Assembly: GCF_030028105.1 (NCBI RefSeq)
Contig: NC_092370.1
Span: 222,810,005-222,874,004 of the forward strand
Reading direction: 5' to 3'
Length of the DNA: 64,000 bases
From: Mobula birostris
Lineage: Eukaryota
Position numbers and translations under genes: made by a program. Shown in pieces: positions 1-12,497 of this stretch. The notes beneath the pieces are model-generated. The model made no database searches, was not told the DNA's origin, and saw only the letters and a list, made by a program, of their open reading frames with translations. Numbering within the stretch: the stretch's first letter is position 1; each line of letters starts with the position of its first letter.

Positions 1-490
1 AAGACCGCACTTGGAATACTGTGTTCTGTGCTGTTTGCCTCATTATAGGAAAGATGTGGAAGCTTTAGAGAGGTTGCAGAGATTTACCAGGATGCTAACT
101 GGTTTAGAGAGCGTGTCTTATGAGGATAGGTTGAGTGAGCTAGGGCTTTTCTCCTTGGAGTGAAGGAGGATAAGCTTGATAGAGGTGTATAAGAGGCTTT
201 GATAGAATGGACAGCCAGAGACATTTACCCCAGAGCAGCACTTGCTAATACAAGAGGGCATAATTTTGAAGTGATTGGAGGAAAATAAAGGGATGAATTC
301 AAAGGTAAGTTTTTTTTTACACAGAGAATGATGGGTGTGTGGAACGTGCCACGGGACTTGGTGGTAAAGGCATATACATTAAGGACATTTAAGGGACTCT
401 TACATGGAAGACAGAAAAATAAAGGGCTATGTTAGAGCGAAGTGTTAGACTGATCTAAGAGTGGGCTGAGGGGCCTGTAACGTGCTAACA
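1..490 (+). mobile_element. CR1 (HER1-like) LINE 3' fragment
   Basis: Degenerate RPHLEYCV..W.PHYRKDVEALER.QR.FTRML motif typical of the CR1 ORF2 C-terminus, followed by a CR1-type 3' UTR. Confidence 0.85.
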
Positions 491-699
491 GAGAAGCTGG
501 AACATCACGAGGGAGGTCAGGGAGAACACTCTGATGCACTAAAGCACAACTGCACCTTGCTGCAAAAGCAGACCGGGGATTATGTGGGATGTGTAGCCCA
601 GAAACAAGCCTCCAGCCCAATCACTTCACGCTACCTTTTGTGATCCAAATGAGTCTTTTCCCATCTTCAGTCTTTCAAAACTATCAACCTATCTCAATC

Positions 700-1280
700 A
701 ACCATTTCAACTCGACTTCCCATTCCCATTCTGACACTTTGGTCCACGGCCTCCTCTCCTATCATGATGAGTTCACACTCAGAGCAACATCTCATATTCT
801 TTCTGGGTGGACCCCAGCCTGAGCATGAACATTGATTTCTCTAACTTCCAGTAAATCCCCCCGCCCCCCGCTTTTCCATTCCCCATTCTGCTCCCCTCCC
901 TCTGGTTCCTCTCCTCCTTCCCTTTCTCCTATGGTCCACTGTCCTCTCCAATCAGATTCCTTCTTCTACAGAACTTTAGCTGTTCTTCCTATCACCTCCT
1001 TTACCTCTTTCACCGATTACCTCCTGGTACTATTGTTTGATAGACAATGACCTGGATGACTGAGAAACCGCACAGACATCTCCCAGCTTCTCACACCATC
1101 CCCACCTATCACCTGCCAGTTCGCGCTCCTCCCCTTCCCCCGCCTTCTTGTCCCCCCCCCCACCCACCCCGTTCCTTTCTCGTCCTGAGGAGAGTCTCGG
1201 CTGGTAACGCCGTCTATCCATTCCTTTCCATAGATGCTGCCTGGATTGCTGAGACCCTGCAGATTTTGTGCATTGTTTTA
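700..1280 (+). mobile_element. Penelope-like element 3' fragment (endonuclease C-terminus and terminal repeat)
   Basis: HFNSTSHSHSDTLVHGLLSYHDE motif, pyrimidine-rich tail and decayed hammerhead-like motif near 1183; same family recurs many times in the window. Confidence 0.7.
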
Positions 1281-1499
1281 CAGTCTTTTTGTTTATATAA
1301 AACTTCAGCATGCTGTATGATTTTTGCCCCGCGTGTTGCTCTGAACGTACGTGCATACGATGCTGCTGCGAGCAAGTTGTTCATTGTACCTGTAGCTCAC
1401 CGTACGTGTGCGCACGATAATAACTCGGCTCGTCCGGGCCTGCCGACAGTGTGGCCACTCTGTGCAACCTCTGCGAGTTCGTGCGGTACATTTCCCCTT

Positions 1500-1644
1500 T
1501 AAGGAGGAGAGACAGCAGCGCATTTCCTGTGATGTATTGAGTCGAGTCCTGGCCCGAGGAAAGGTTGCTCCTGGCCCGGGAGAGGTGCCTTGCTCGGCGG
1601 TAGCTCAGCTACCGAACCAAGGTCGGCCGCACTTCAGTGCTCAG
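1500..1644 (+). other. ZBTB1: Putative non-coding exon 1 of ZBTB1-like gene (start approximate)
   Basis: Donor CAG|GTAAGG in a CpG island; the ZBTB1 coding exon opens with an acceptor (tttgcag|, 17107/17108) 47 nt before the ATG, which requires an upstream exon. Confidence 0.5.
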
Positions 1645-1842
1645 GTAAGGGGTGGGTGGGCGCGGCTGGTGAGCTGGAATCGGGGCCGGACTAACGGGGA
1701 GAGGTAGCGCTGTTGGTCCCGGGGAACCGAGGCCGAGCTGGAAACGGCTACCCCCGGTACCGAGACAACGTGAGCTGGGGCTGGGGCTGTGTTACCGGCT
1801 GAGGATGTTGCGGCTGCCCGCGGGAACTGGAGTTTAGCAAAC

Positions 1843-2081
1843 CGGGAACAGGACTCGTACAAACGGGACGGGTGTATTGCGTCGGCCCCGGGAACAGGAC
1901 TAATGCATACGGGACGGGTGTATTGCATCGGCCCCGGGAACAGGACTAATGCATACGGGACGGGTGTGTTGCATCGGCCCCGGGAACAGGACTAATGCAT
2001 ACGGGACGGGTGTATTGCATCGGCCCCGGGAACAGGACTAATGCATACGGGACGGGTGTGTTGCATCGGCCCTGGGAACAG
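1843..2081. repeat. 46-bp minisatellite, 5 copies plus a partial
   Basis: Unit CGGGAACAGGACTAATGCATACGGGACGGGTGT(A/G)TTGCATCGGCCC starts at 1843, 1889, 1935, 1981 and 2027; partial at 2073; first copy more diverged. Confidence 0.95.
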
Positions 2082-2154
2082 AAATACTATGAAGTAACAC
2101 AAAAAATGCAGGAGGAACGCAGCAAGTGAGACAGCGTCTATGGAAAGGAATAAC

Positions 2155-2190
2155 AGTCGACGTTTCGGGCCAAGCCTCTTCGTCAGAACA
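2155..2190 (-). ncRNA. Minimal type I hammerhead ribozyme motif (Penelope-derived)
   Basis: Minus strand reads GTT-CTGACGA-AGAGGCTTGGCCC-GAAA-CGTC-GAC; core intact, stem II imperfect. Confidence 0.6.
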
Positions 2191-3259
2191 GGCGTTTTTT
2201 CACACCGATTGGGTGTGATTGCACTGTCCCCAGGAACTGGAGGCAGTGAGGGGCGGGTGTAGAGTGGGGCTAGGCTGAAGGAGACGAGGTCGTTCGATCG
2301 ACACCTCTACCTGCGTTTATCAGGCTCTCCTAACGCGGCAGCCAAAGGTGCCAGGCGCTGAAAGGCTTGAGGGCTGAAACTTGGTTCCTGCCTCCGGAGC
2401 TGGTCAGAAACACAATTACCTCTCCCCACACCCTTCCCCCTCCCCCACCCTGCGTGAGAGACAGGAAGAGGCCGCTCGGCCCCTCCAGTGAGCTCACTGT
2501 GACTGTAATCCCCACTCCTCGTTGCTGTCTGTCCTCAAATATTTCAACCCAGTTTTTGTTTATCAAGAATTGAGCTGCCTCTACCTTGACCAAAAAAAAT
2601 CAGAGAATCTGCTTTCATCAAACTCCCCCGAGGTAGGAAAGGTTTAGATGGATACCGGCAAATGGGACCAGCTGTTGTAAGTAATTTAGTTGGCATGGTG
2701 ACTTATGAGCTGTAAGGTAAAATTGGACAAACTTGTGTGGATTTCTCTGGAGCACCGGAGGCTGGGTGGAGACGAATAAGGTCATGAGGGGCTTGGGTAG
2801 GGTAGACAGTCTCTTCTGAAGCATGGAAATGTGAAATACCAGAAGCCATACATTTAGCTTGGGGGGGGGGAGGAGAGAGACTTTAAAAGAGATGTACAGG
2901 CTACATTTTAGACCATAAGACATAGGTGCAGAATTAGCCATTCAGCCCATCAGATATAGTTGGCCTTATTCCTGTAACCTTTAATGCTCTTACTCATCAA
3001 AAACCTATCATCTTCTGCTATAAGTATACCCAATGAGTTGGCCTCCTCCACCATCTATGGTAGCGAATTTGACAGATTCACTACCCTCTGGCTAAATAAA
3101 TTCCTCCTCATTTCTGTGTCAAGGGACGTCCTTGTATACCAAAGCTGTGCCCCCTGGCTCCAGACTCTCCCACAGCCCTCTGCATTCACTTCATCCATTC
3201 TGACTAGGTCTTTCAATATTTGGTAGGCTCCTTTGCCCCTGTTGCTCCTGTCCTTCTGG

Positions 3260-3680
3260 CAGGGGTGCAGTGCTAGCTGGAGCGCGTCCGGCACCTCTTT
3301 AAGAAAAAAGCCGAAATAAACAAGCTAATTAATTAGGTGTCGCCCAGGGTGATTTGAGTATCTCAGAAACTGCTGATCTCCTGGGATTTTTACACACAAC
3401 AGACTTTGGAGTTTACAAAGAATGGTGCCAAAAACAAAAAAGATCCAGCGAGTGGATTTAATAAGATGTTTTCGCTCACAGAACAGCCACTCGCTGGATT
3501 TTTTTCGTTTTTGGCACCATTCTTTGTAAACTCCAGAGTCTATTGTGTGTAAAAATCCCAGGAGATCAGCAGTTTCTGAGATGCTCAAATCACCCTGGGC
3601 GGCACCTAATTAATTAGCTTGTTTATTTCGGCTTTTTTCTTAGAGGTTCCCGACGCACTCCAGCTAGCACTGCACCCCTG
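3260..3680. mobile_element. Foldback MITE with hAT-type ends and Tc1-derived inner arms
   Basis: Inverted arms 3260-3455 and 3487-3680; termini CAGGGGTG...CACCCCTG; 8-bp TSD CCTTCTGG at 3252-3259 and 3681-3688; inner arms encode SISETADLLGF (Tc1-like). Confidence 0.9.
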
Positions 3681-3819
3681 CCTTCTGGCTATGGGTAACC
3701 CTAGGTAATTTTTAAAGTAAGTACATGTCTGGCACAGCATTGTGGGCCGAAGGGCCTGTATTGTGCTGTAGGTTTTCTGAGTTCTAAATTACAAAATAAA
3801 TAGAGCAAAATAAGTCAGC

Positions 3820-4030
3820 ATAGAGTGACACTTCACAGTGCCAGCAAACTGGGTTCAATTCTGCTGTTGTCTGTCAGGAGTTTGTACATTCTCCCCATGA
3901 CTGTGTGAGCTTTGTCCGGGTGCTCTGTTTTTCTGCCATATACCAAGGACGTTCGGGTTAGTAGGTTGTTTGGTCACGTGGGTGTAATTGGGCTTGTTGG
4001 GTTGGAAGGGCCCGTTTTCGTGCTGCGTTG
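3820..4030 (+). mobile_element. tRNA-derived V-SINE (HE1-like)
   Basis: B-box-like GGGTTCAATTC followed by the V-domain GGAGTTTGTACATTCTCCCC...CCGGGTGCTC. Confidence 0.75.
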
Positions 4031-4139
4031 AATGATGCCGGTGACTCTGGTCTTTATGACTGCAATCGTTCCTGGCAAATTTTTCTGTGGAAGTGGTTCT
4101 TCTGAATAGTGTCTTTATAAGACAGGTGATCCCAGCCAC

Positions 4140-4680
4140 AATCAGAATCAGGTTTATTATCACCGGCATGTGACGGTGAAATTTGTTAACTTGGCAGCAG
4201 CAGTTCAATGCAATACATAATCTAGCAGAGAGAAAAAATAATAATAAATGAACAAGTAAATCAATTAAGTGTATTGAATAGATTTTTTAAAAAGTGCAAA
4301 AACAGAAATACTGTATTTTTTTTTAAAAAGTGAGGGGGTGTCCAAAGATTCAATGTCCATTTAGGAATTGGATGGCAGATGGGAAGAAGCTGTTCCTGAG
4401 TTGTTGAGTGTGTGCCTTCAAGGCTTCTGTATCTCCTACCTGATGGTAACAGTGAGAAAAGGGCATGCCCTGGGTGCTGGAGGTCCTTAATAATGGACGC
4501 TGCCTTTCTGAGACACCGCTCCCTAAAGATGTCCTGGGTACTTTGTAGGCTAGTACCCAAGATGGAGCTGATTAGATTTACAACCTTCTGTAGCTTTTGG
4601 TCCTGTGCAGTAGTCCCTCCATACCAGACAGTGATGCAGCCTGTCATAATGTTCTCCACGGTATAACTATAGAAGTTTTT
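4140..4680 (-). mobile_element. Rex1/Babar LINE 3' fragment
   Basis: FYSYTVENIMTGCITVWYG...KAASIIKD.QHPGHALFSLLPSGRRYRSL C-terminal motif and (GATTCT)-like tail at 4140. Confidence 0.8.
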
Positions 4681-6129
4681 GAATGTATTGAGCTTATCAA
4701 TACTTTTCAGAGATTGCCTGGCATCGGTGGTCACATACCCAGGACTTGTGATACGCACCGGCTGTTCATACGACCATCCACCGTTTGCTCCTATCGTTTC
4801 ATGTGACACTGAAGATGTAGCAGGTACTGCAGCTTGCTCAAGCAGGATCTGCAGGCTAACAGAGGCAACGAGCGCCTTGCACCTCCTTTGGTAGAGATGT
4901 ATCTCCACCCCACCACCCAGTATCTCTAATGAACATTTAAAAAAAAAAAGAAATAATAAGGTAGTGTTCATTAACATCAGAAACCTGATGGTGGAAGGGA
5001 AGAAGCTGCTCCAGTATTGTTGAATGTGGTTTGTTGGCCTCCTGTAGCTCCTCCCTGATGGTTGTACCACGAAGGCGTGTCCTGGATGGTGAGGGTCCTT
5101 AATGATGGATGCTGCCTCCTGAACAACACACAGACAGAAAATGCTGGCAAAACTCCAGGCAGCATTAATGGGGGGAAATAAGCAGTTAACGTTTTGGGCC
5201 GAGGCCCTTCATCGGTACGGGGAAAGGAGGTGGCAGAAGTCAGATTGTGGTGGTGGAGGGGAAGGAATACAAGCTGATAGGTGAGACCAGGGGAGGGGGA
5301 AGGTGGGTGGGGAAGGGGTTAGGTAAAGAGGTAAAGGGCTGAAGAAGGAGGAATCTAATAGAAGACAGTCAATAGAAGACTATCAAATCAAATATGTTTA
5401 ATTATCATTCAACCAGACAGGAATATAGCTGAATGAAACCGTGTTCTTCTAAGGCCAAGGAGCAAAGCATACACAGCACATTCAAAATAGCAAGCCAAAC
5501 AAAAACAGTCATGCTCATTTATACACACACTATCTATCCCAAGTCCCTGAGCGACATGTCCCGCAATTTGATGGTGCACTTCTCGGCGGTGCACAAACAC
5601 TCAGTCTAGCCTGCCATTCCACCAGTCGAACACTGGAGGACAGCACTGATGGGAGAGGCCAGCCCCCATCCAAGCTCGGAAGCCATAGTACACAGTCTCT
5701 GGCGTCTCCTTGCCTGGACTGCAACAGTAGGCAAACCTGCAGCTTGAGGCCTGATCCTCATTACAACTGAGGCCGTGCAACTCCCCCACTGTCTGTCACA
5801 CCACCATACAAGAGAAACAGGCCTGTGGCATATTACATTGTCAATATTGCAATCCAAGACAGTCACCCATGGTTACACTGCACAACACCTTTGTGCACCA
5901 ACTCCGATGCCCTCCTGCAGCAGGTAGAAACATGGTCTACACCCAGCACCTCTGCCAATGAGCAGCTCACTGATGGCATAGACCTGCAGTGCCCAAAGCT
6001 CTTGGGAGCCCAGCAGCATTGTCTTGCAATCATTAAAAAAAAAAGCATTTAAACCAAGAAAAAAAAAACACCTTTGGTTGGCCCCCGAGAGGCCAGTGCA
6101 TCCAAGTGCACAGCCATCTTACCAGAAGG

Positions 6130-6960
6130 AGCCATGGGAGAAAGGGAAGGAGGAGGGGAACGAGAGGGAGGGGATGAGTAGGTTATGAAGGCAGGGGAAG
6201 AGAAGGGGTAATAGGAGCAGAGGAGAGTAGGTACTGGAGGGTAGAGAAATTGAACTTCGGGTTGGAAGTAACCTAGAAAGAATATGAGATGTTGATCCTC
6301 TAACTTGAGATTAATCTCATCATGGCAGTAGAGGAGGCTATCGACCGCCATGTTGGAAAGGGAAGTCAAATTGAAATGGATAGCCACCGGGAGATCCTAT
6401 CTTTTCTGGAGGACAGTATGAAGGTGCTTGACGAAGCAGTTTCCCAATCCACATTGTGTTTCACCAATGTAGAGGAGGCTACACCATGAACATTGATGCT
6501 GTATATGATTCAGACAGAGTTGCAGGTGCCGTGTTGCCTCAGCTGGAAAATCATTTGGGGCTCAATATAGTGGTAAGGGTGGAGGTGTATGGGCAACTAC
6601 ACTTCAAACTTGCACACAAACGTACTTATTCCTGCAGACTTTGTCATGCTTGCAAGAATAAGTGTCGGGGGAGATCAGTGGGAGAGAGGGGTGGACAAGG
6701 AAATTGCAGAGTGAGCGATCCCTGGGGAAAGGAGAGAAGTGGGGGGGAGGGGAGGTGAGGGAAAGATGTGGTTGGTGGGAGGATTCTGTTGGAAGTGGTG
6801 GAAATTGCACAGAATGATGTGGAGGTGTATGGAGTGGTAGGTGAGGAAAGGGGTAGGTGAGACCCCTGTCATGTTGAGGGGTGGAAATGCGGTAAGGGCA
6901 GATGTTCGGGAAGTGGTGATGCAAGTGAGAGCAGCATCAATAATTGTGGAAGGGAAGCCC
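6130..6960 (-). mobile_element. Penelope-like element fragment
   Basis: LTYHSIHLHIILCNFHHFQQNPPTNHIFPSPPL, RDRSLCNFLVH and HFNLTSLS..LKLEDQHLIF motifs, with frameshifts. Confidence 0.75.
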
Positions 6961-7075
6961 CCATTTCAGCCTCCTGAAGATGTCATCAGTTGTAGGGAGG
7001 GTTGTGTGTGTGTGATGGATCTGACTGGCAGCAGTACAGTGCAATATATTAAAATTACTAACAGTAAGGTTATGT

Positions 7076-7620
7076 ACTCAATGGCCATTTTATTGGTACA
7101 GGAGGTACCTAATAAAGTGGCCACTGAATGCATTTTGGTCTTCTGCTGCTATAGTCCATCCATATTTAGGTACGACACGTTGTGCATTCAGAGATGCTCT
7201 TCTGGACACTGCTGTTGTAAGTGTGGTTATTTGAGTTACTACACCTTCCTGTCAGCTTGAACCAGCCTGGCCATTCTGCTCTGAATCTTCTCCTCTCTCA
7301 TTAACATTTTCACCCACTGAACTGCCGCTCACTGAATTTTTTTGTTTTGTTTTTGGCACCACACTCTGTAAACTCTAGACACTGTGTTTGAAAATCCCAG
7401 GAAATCAGCAGTTTCCGAGATACTCAAATCACCTCGTCTGGCACCAACAATCATTCCACTGTCAGAGTCACTTAGATCACATTTATCCTTCGTTCTGATG
7501 TTTGGTCTGAACAACAACTGCTTTTAGAACGCTTTTATGCATTGAGTTGCTGCCACATGATTGGCGGATTAGATATTTGCATTATCAAGCAGGTGTACCT
7601 AATAAAGTGGCCACTGAGTG
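7076..7620 (-). mobile_element. Non-autonomous Tc1-like DNA transposon
   Basis: Terminal inverted repeats resembling CACTCAGTGGCCACTTTATTAGGTACA; internal remnant DLSD.DSGMIVGARR.DLSISETADFLGFS. Confidence 0.75.
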
Positions 7621-7847
7621 TGTATGAAAAAATAATGGTAAATGGATTGCACCCCAGAGTTCTGAAAGAGGTAGCTGAAGAGACATCAGTCATGATCTTT
7701 TAAGAATTACTCATTCTCACTCCACTCTTTAAGAAGGGAGGGAGGCAAAAGACAGGGAAGTATAGGCCAGGTAGCCTGACTTCAGTGGTTGGGAAGATAT
7801 GGAGTCCATTATTAAAGATGAGGTCTCAGGTTACAAAGAAACAAATG

Positions 7848-9209
7848 CAGTGCCTTGAAAAAGTGTTTTCACATTTTACTGTCTCATTTTCTAAATGTAG
7901 AATATATTTAAGTGGTGATTTTTTTTGAGCTAATTTACAAAACATTGTGCATCATGTCAAATCAGAAGAAAAATTCCAAAACCTGTCAACAATTTATTTA
8001 AAAATTGAAAACCAAAATTGTGAGGGTGAAAAAGTATTTATCACCTTTGTGATTACTATGCTAACTTTTTTCTGGAGCATTATTGTTTATTACCTTATCA
8101 ACTCACCCAATTTGTCGATGTAGAAAATTGGAGGATCACCTATTTTCAATGAATTCGTTGAATAAATACCCCCTTTCTCTGTAAGGTCTGACATTATGGT
8201 AGATTTTTAACAAACTAAACCAAAATGAAGACAAAAGAGCATTCAAGGCAAGTCAGGGAAGTGATAATAGAGAAGCACAAATCTGGGGAAGGGTACAAAG
8301 CCTTCTCAAAGGCACTGAATATACCACAGAGCTCAGTGCAGTCTACCTTGGAAAAAGTGGAAAAATATGACACCACACCCACACTGCCTTGGTCAGACCA
8401 CCCCTCTAAATTAGGTCACCAAAGAAAAATGTCATTTGTAAGAGAGGCTACTGTGATGCCAACAGTTACTCTAAGTGAGCTGCAGAAGTCAGTGGCTGCA
8501 ACTGGAGATGAAGTTCTTGGCCTGACAATCCTTCAGGCCTTGCATAAAAAATGGGTATTTATGGAAGAGTGGTGGGGAAGAAGCCCTGAGTTTTTTTTTT
8601 AAAAAAAAAAGGATTTCCTTGCCCATGAAGACTTTGCAAAGTGTCACTTACAAAATACTGTAAAGATGTAGAAGGTCTTCTGGTTGGAACTTTCAGCAGA
8701 ACAGTGACTCAAAGCACACTGCCAGAGCACCATGGAGTGGCTTCAAATGAACAAAATTGATGCCCAGTCAGAGTCCTGACCTTAACTCGATTGAATGTCT
8801 CTGTCAAGACCTCAAGATTGCTCCCCAACTAACCTGGCACAGCTTGAGCAATTTTTGCGAGGAGGAGTGGACAAATCTTGCTCTATCATGTTGTGGAAAG
8901 CCAATAGAGACTTGTCCAAAAAGACTGCTGGCAGTAATAGCTCAAAGAGGTGGTTCAACTAAGTACTGAGCGAAGGGGATGAGTACTGTTGAAATGCTAA
9001 TATTTCAGGTTTTGAATTTTTAGTTTTTCATGCTTTATAATTTTCCCTGTTTTTAGGACTCTACTGTGGATGGGGTGGGGGTGGGGGGAAGGAACATAGG
9101 AACATATGATTCAGAAGTAAAAATTCTCAGTTAAATTGATAAAAGGGCCATGGTTGTAATAGTCACATGAAAACAAAGGGTCGGTGGTCAAATACTTCCT
9201 CACACACTG
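7848..9209 (+). mobile_element. Tc1/mariner transposon with decayed transposase, inserted into a CR1
   Basis: Ends CAGTGCCTTGAAAAAGT...ATACTTCCTCACACACTG-TA; ORF pieces MKTKEHSRQVREVIIEKHKSGEGYK (HTH, 8225) and PSQSPDLNSIE...GGSTKY; CR1 RT sequence continues on both flanks. Confidence 0.9.
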
Positions 9210-9419
9210 TATAAAATAGGTAGAAATCAGCATGGTTTCCTTATGAGGAGATATTGTCTAACAAATCTGTTGGAATTCTTTGAGGGAATAACAGGCAGGA
9301 GAGACAAAGGAGAGTCCGTGGATGTTGTTTACTTAGAATTTTGGAAGACCTTTGACGAAGTGCTGTACACCAGGCTGCTGAACAAGATAAGAGACCTTTG
9401 AATTATAGGAAAGATACTA

Positions 9420-11095
9420 GCAGTGTGCCAGATGTTGTATGAAGGAAAAGAAGTGGGTGCAGTTACTATTACAAGAGAAAATGTGCTGAAGAAGCTGAAA
9501 GACCTAAAGGTACATAAGTCACCCGGACCAGATGAACTGCACCCTATGGTTTGAAAGAGGTAGTGTTAGAGATTGTGGAGGCATTAGCAATGATCTTTCA
9601 AAAATCATTGGCCTCTGGCATGGTGCCAGAGGACTGGAAAATTGCAAATGTCACTCCACTTTTTAAGAAAGGAGGAAGGCAGCAGAAAGGAAATTATTGA
9701 CTAGTTAGCCTGACCTCAGTGTTTGGGAAGATGTTAGAGTCAATTGTTAAGGATTATGTGCTGCAATACTTGGTGACACAGACCAAGATAGGACAAAGTC
9801 GGCATGGTTTCCTTTAGGGAAAATATTGCCTGACAAACCTGCTGCAATTCTTTGAGGAAATTACAAATAGGATAGATAAAAGGGGATGCAGTGGATGTTG
9901 TATATTTGGATTTTCAAAAGGCCTTTGAGAAGGTGCTACACATGAGGCTACTTACCAAGTTAAGAGCCTGTAGTATTACAGGAATGTTACTAACATGGTT
10001 AGAGCATTGGCTGATTCTGATTGGTAGGAGGCAGCGAGTGGGAATAAAAGGATCCTTTTCTGGTTGGCTGTCAGTGACTAGTGTTCCGCTGGGGTCGGTG
10101 TTGGGACCACTTCTTTTTATGCTGTATATCAATGAATTAGATGATGAAATAGATGGCTTTGTTGCCAAGTTTGTAGGTGATACAAAGATTGGTGGAGGGG
10201 CAGGTAGTGTTGAGGAAACGAGTAGGATGAAGAAGAACTTGGACAGATTAGGAGAATGGTCAAGAAGGTGGCAAATGAAATATAATGTTGGAAAATGCAT
10301 GGTCATGCACTTGGGTAGTAGAAATAAATAGGGAGAAAATCCAAAAATCTGAGATGCAAAGAGACTTGGGAGTCCTTGTGCAGAGCACCCTAAAGGTTAA
10401 CTTGCAGATTGAGTCAGTGGTGAGGAAGGCAAATGCAATGTTAACATTCATTTCAAGAGGTCTAGAATACTAGAGCAGGGATGTGATGCTGAGGCTTTAT
10501 AAGGCACTGGTGAGGCCTCACCTTGAGTATTGTGAACAGTTTTGGGTGCTTCATCTTAGAAAAGATGTGCTAGCATCAAAGAGGGTCCAGAGGACGTTCA
10601 CAAGGATGATTCCAGGAATGAAAGGGTTATCATATGAGGAACATTTGATGGCTCTGGATCTGTACTCACTGGAATTTAGAAGTATGGGGGGGAGGGGGTG
10701 GATCTCATTGATACCTTTAGAATGTTGAAAGGCCTAGACAGAGTAGATGTGGAAAGGATGTTTCCCATGGTGGGAGAGTCTAGGACAAGAGGGCACAGCC
10801 TCAGGATAGAGGGGCATCTGTTCAAAACAGAGATGCAGGGAAATTTCTTTAGCCAGAGGGTGGTGAATTTTGGAATTTGTTGCCACGTAGCTGTGGAGGC
10901 CAGATCATTGGGTGTATTTAAGTATTTAAGGCAGAGATTAATAGGTTTTTGATTGGACATGGCATCAAAGGTTACGGGGAGAAGGCCGGGAAATGGGGTT
11001 GAAGAGGAGAGAAAAAAAGGATCAGCCATGAGTGAATGATGGAGCAGACCTGATGGGCTAAATGGCCTAATTTCTGCTCCTATGTCTTGTGGTCT
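9420..11095 (+). mobile_element. CR1 LINE, 5'-truncated, decayed RT
   Basis: KSPGPD, MDVVYLDFQKAF, GSVLGPLLF, LYKALVRPHLEYC and NFFSQRVVN motifs with stops and frameshifts. Confidence 0.9.
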
Positions 11096-11099
11096 AAGA

Positions 11100-12080
11100 T
11101 GGGCTGATTGGCAGGAGGCAAAAAGTAGGAATAAAGGGGGGGCTTTCCTGTCTGGATGCCAGTGACTTGTGATGTTCTGCAGGGGTCGGTGTTGGGACTG
11201 CTTCGTTTCACATTATATATGTATCGATGATGGAATTGATGGCTTTGTGGCCGAGTTTTTGGACAATACAAAGATAAAGAGAGGGGCAGATAGTGTTGAG
11301 GAAGCAGGGAGTATGCAGAAGAACTTGGACCGATTGGGAGAATGAGCAAAGAAGTGGCAGATGGAATACAGTATAGGGAAGCGTATGGTCATGCATTTTG
11401 GTAGATTGAATTAAAGCACAGTCTATTTTCTAAATGGAGAACAAATTCAGAAATCAGAGGTGCAAAGAATACTTGGGAGCCCTCGTGCAGGATTCCCTAA
11501 AGGTTAGCGCAGATTGAGTCGGCAGTGAGGAAGGCAACTTCAATGTTGGCATTCATTTCGTGAGGACTAGAATACAAAACAAGGATGTAATGTTGGGGCC
11601 ATGTAAGGCAATGGTCAGACTGCACTTGGAGTATTGTGAGTTCTGCAGATAAAAGGGTTAACATGGAGAGTATTTGATGTCTCTGGGCCTGTACACTCTG
11701 CAGTTTAGACGAATGAGGGGTGATCTCATTGGAACTTTGGAGTATTGAAAGGCCCACATTGAGTGCGGCTGGAGGGGATATTTCCTTGTAGTTGGAGAGT
11801 CTAGGATCAGAATAGAAGGATGCTGCTTTTACAACAGAGATGAGGAGGAATTTCTTTAGCCAGAGGGTGGTGAATCTGTGGAATTCATTGCCACAGATAG
11901 CTGTGGAGGCCAAGTCATTGGGTGTATTTAAAGTGAAGGTTAATAGGTTGTTGATTAGTTTGGAGGTCAAAAGTTACAGAGAGGAAGGCAGGAGAATGGG
12001 GTTGAGAGGGGTAATAAATCTGCCATGGTGGAGCAGAGACAATGGGCCGAATGGCCTAATTCTGCTCCTGTGTCTCATGG
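11100..12080 (+). mobile_element. CR1 LINE 3' fragment
   Basis: QGSVLGLL and MRRNFFSQRVVNLWNSLPQ motifs plus CR1 3' UTR. Confidence 0.8.
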
Positions 12081-12461
12081 TGTCCTCACTGAAAAGAGAG
12101 CAGAGTAATGAGGTAGTGTTCAAGGTTTTATGGTCTGTTCGAAGATCTGATTGCGGAGGGTAAGAAACTGTTCCTAAAGCGTTGAATGTGTGTCTTCAGG
12201 CTCCTGTACCTCCTCCCTGATGGTAGCAATGAGAACAAAGCATACCCTGGATGGTGAGGGACTTTATTGATGGATGTCACTTTCTTGAGGTGCTGCCTTT
12301 TGATATCCTTGATGGTGGGAAGGCTAATGCTCATGATGTTGCTGGCTGAGTTTACAACCTCTGCAACCTCCTTCTGATCCTGTGCGAAGGTCACAGTGAT
12401 GCAGCCAGTCAGAATCCTCTCCACGGTACTTTCAAATCCCTTACTCACTCTTCCTTCAGTT

Positions 12462-12497
12462 AGTCCTGACGAAGGGTCTTGGCCTGAAACGTCGACT
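12462..12497 (+). ncRNA. Minimal type I hammerhead ribozyme in a young Penelope terminal fragment (about 12432-12595)
   Basis: AGTC-CTGACGA-AGG[GTCTTGG]CCT-GAAA-CGTC-GACT: stem I AGTC/GACT, stem II AGG/CCT, intact core, GUC cleavage triplet ending at 12493. Confidence 0.75.

Larger units (their letters stand above)
1330..2400 (+). promoter_or_regulatory. CpG island, probable promoter of the ZBTB1-like gene
   Basis: Sharp rise in CpG density; ETS-like CATTTCCTG at 1521; strong splice donor CAG|GTAAGG at 1644/1645. Confidence 0.6.

Noticed and set aside
1-1500. Head-to-head ZBTB25 expected from human synteny
   Set aside because: No ZBTB25-like coding sequence visible; only repeats here, so it may lie outside the window.
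1843-2081. CRISPR-like array
   Set aside because: Head-to-tail repeats with no unique spacers in eukaryotic DNA; a minisatellite.
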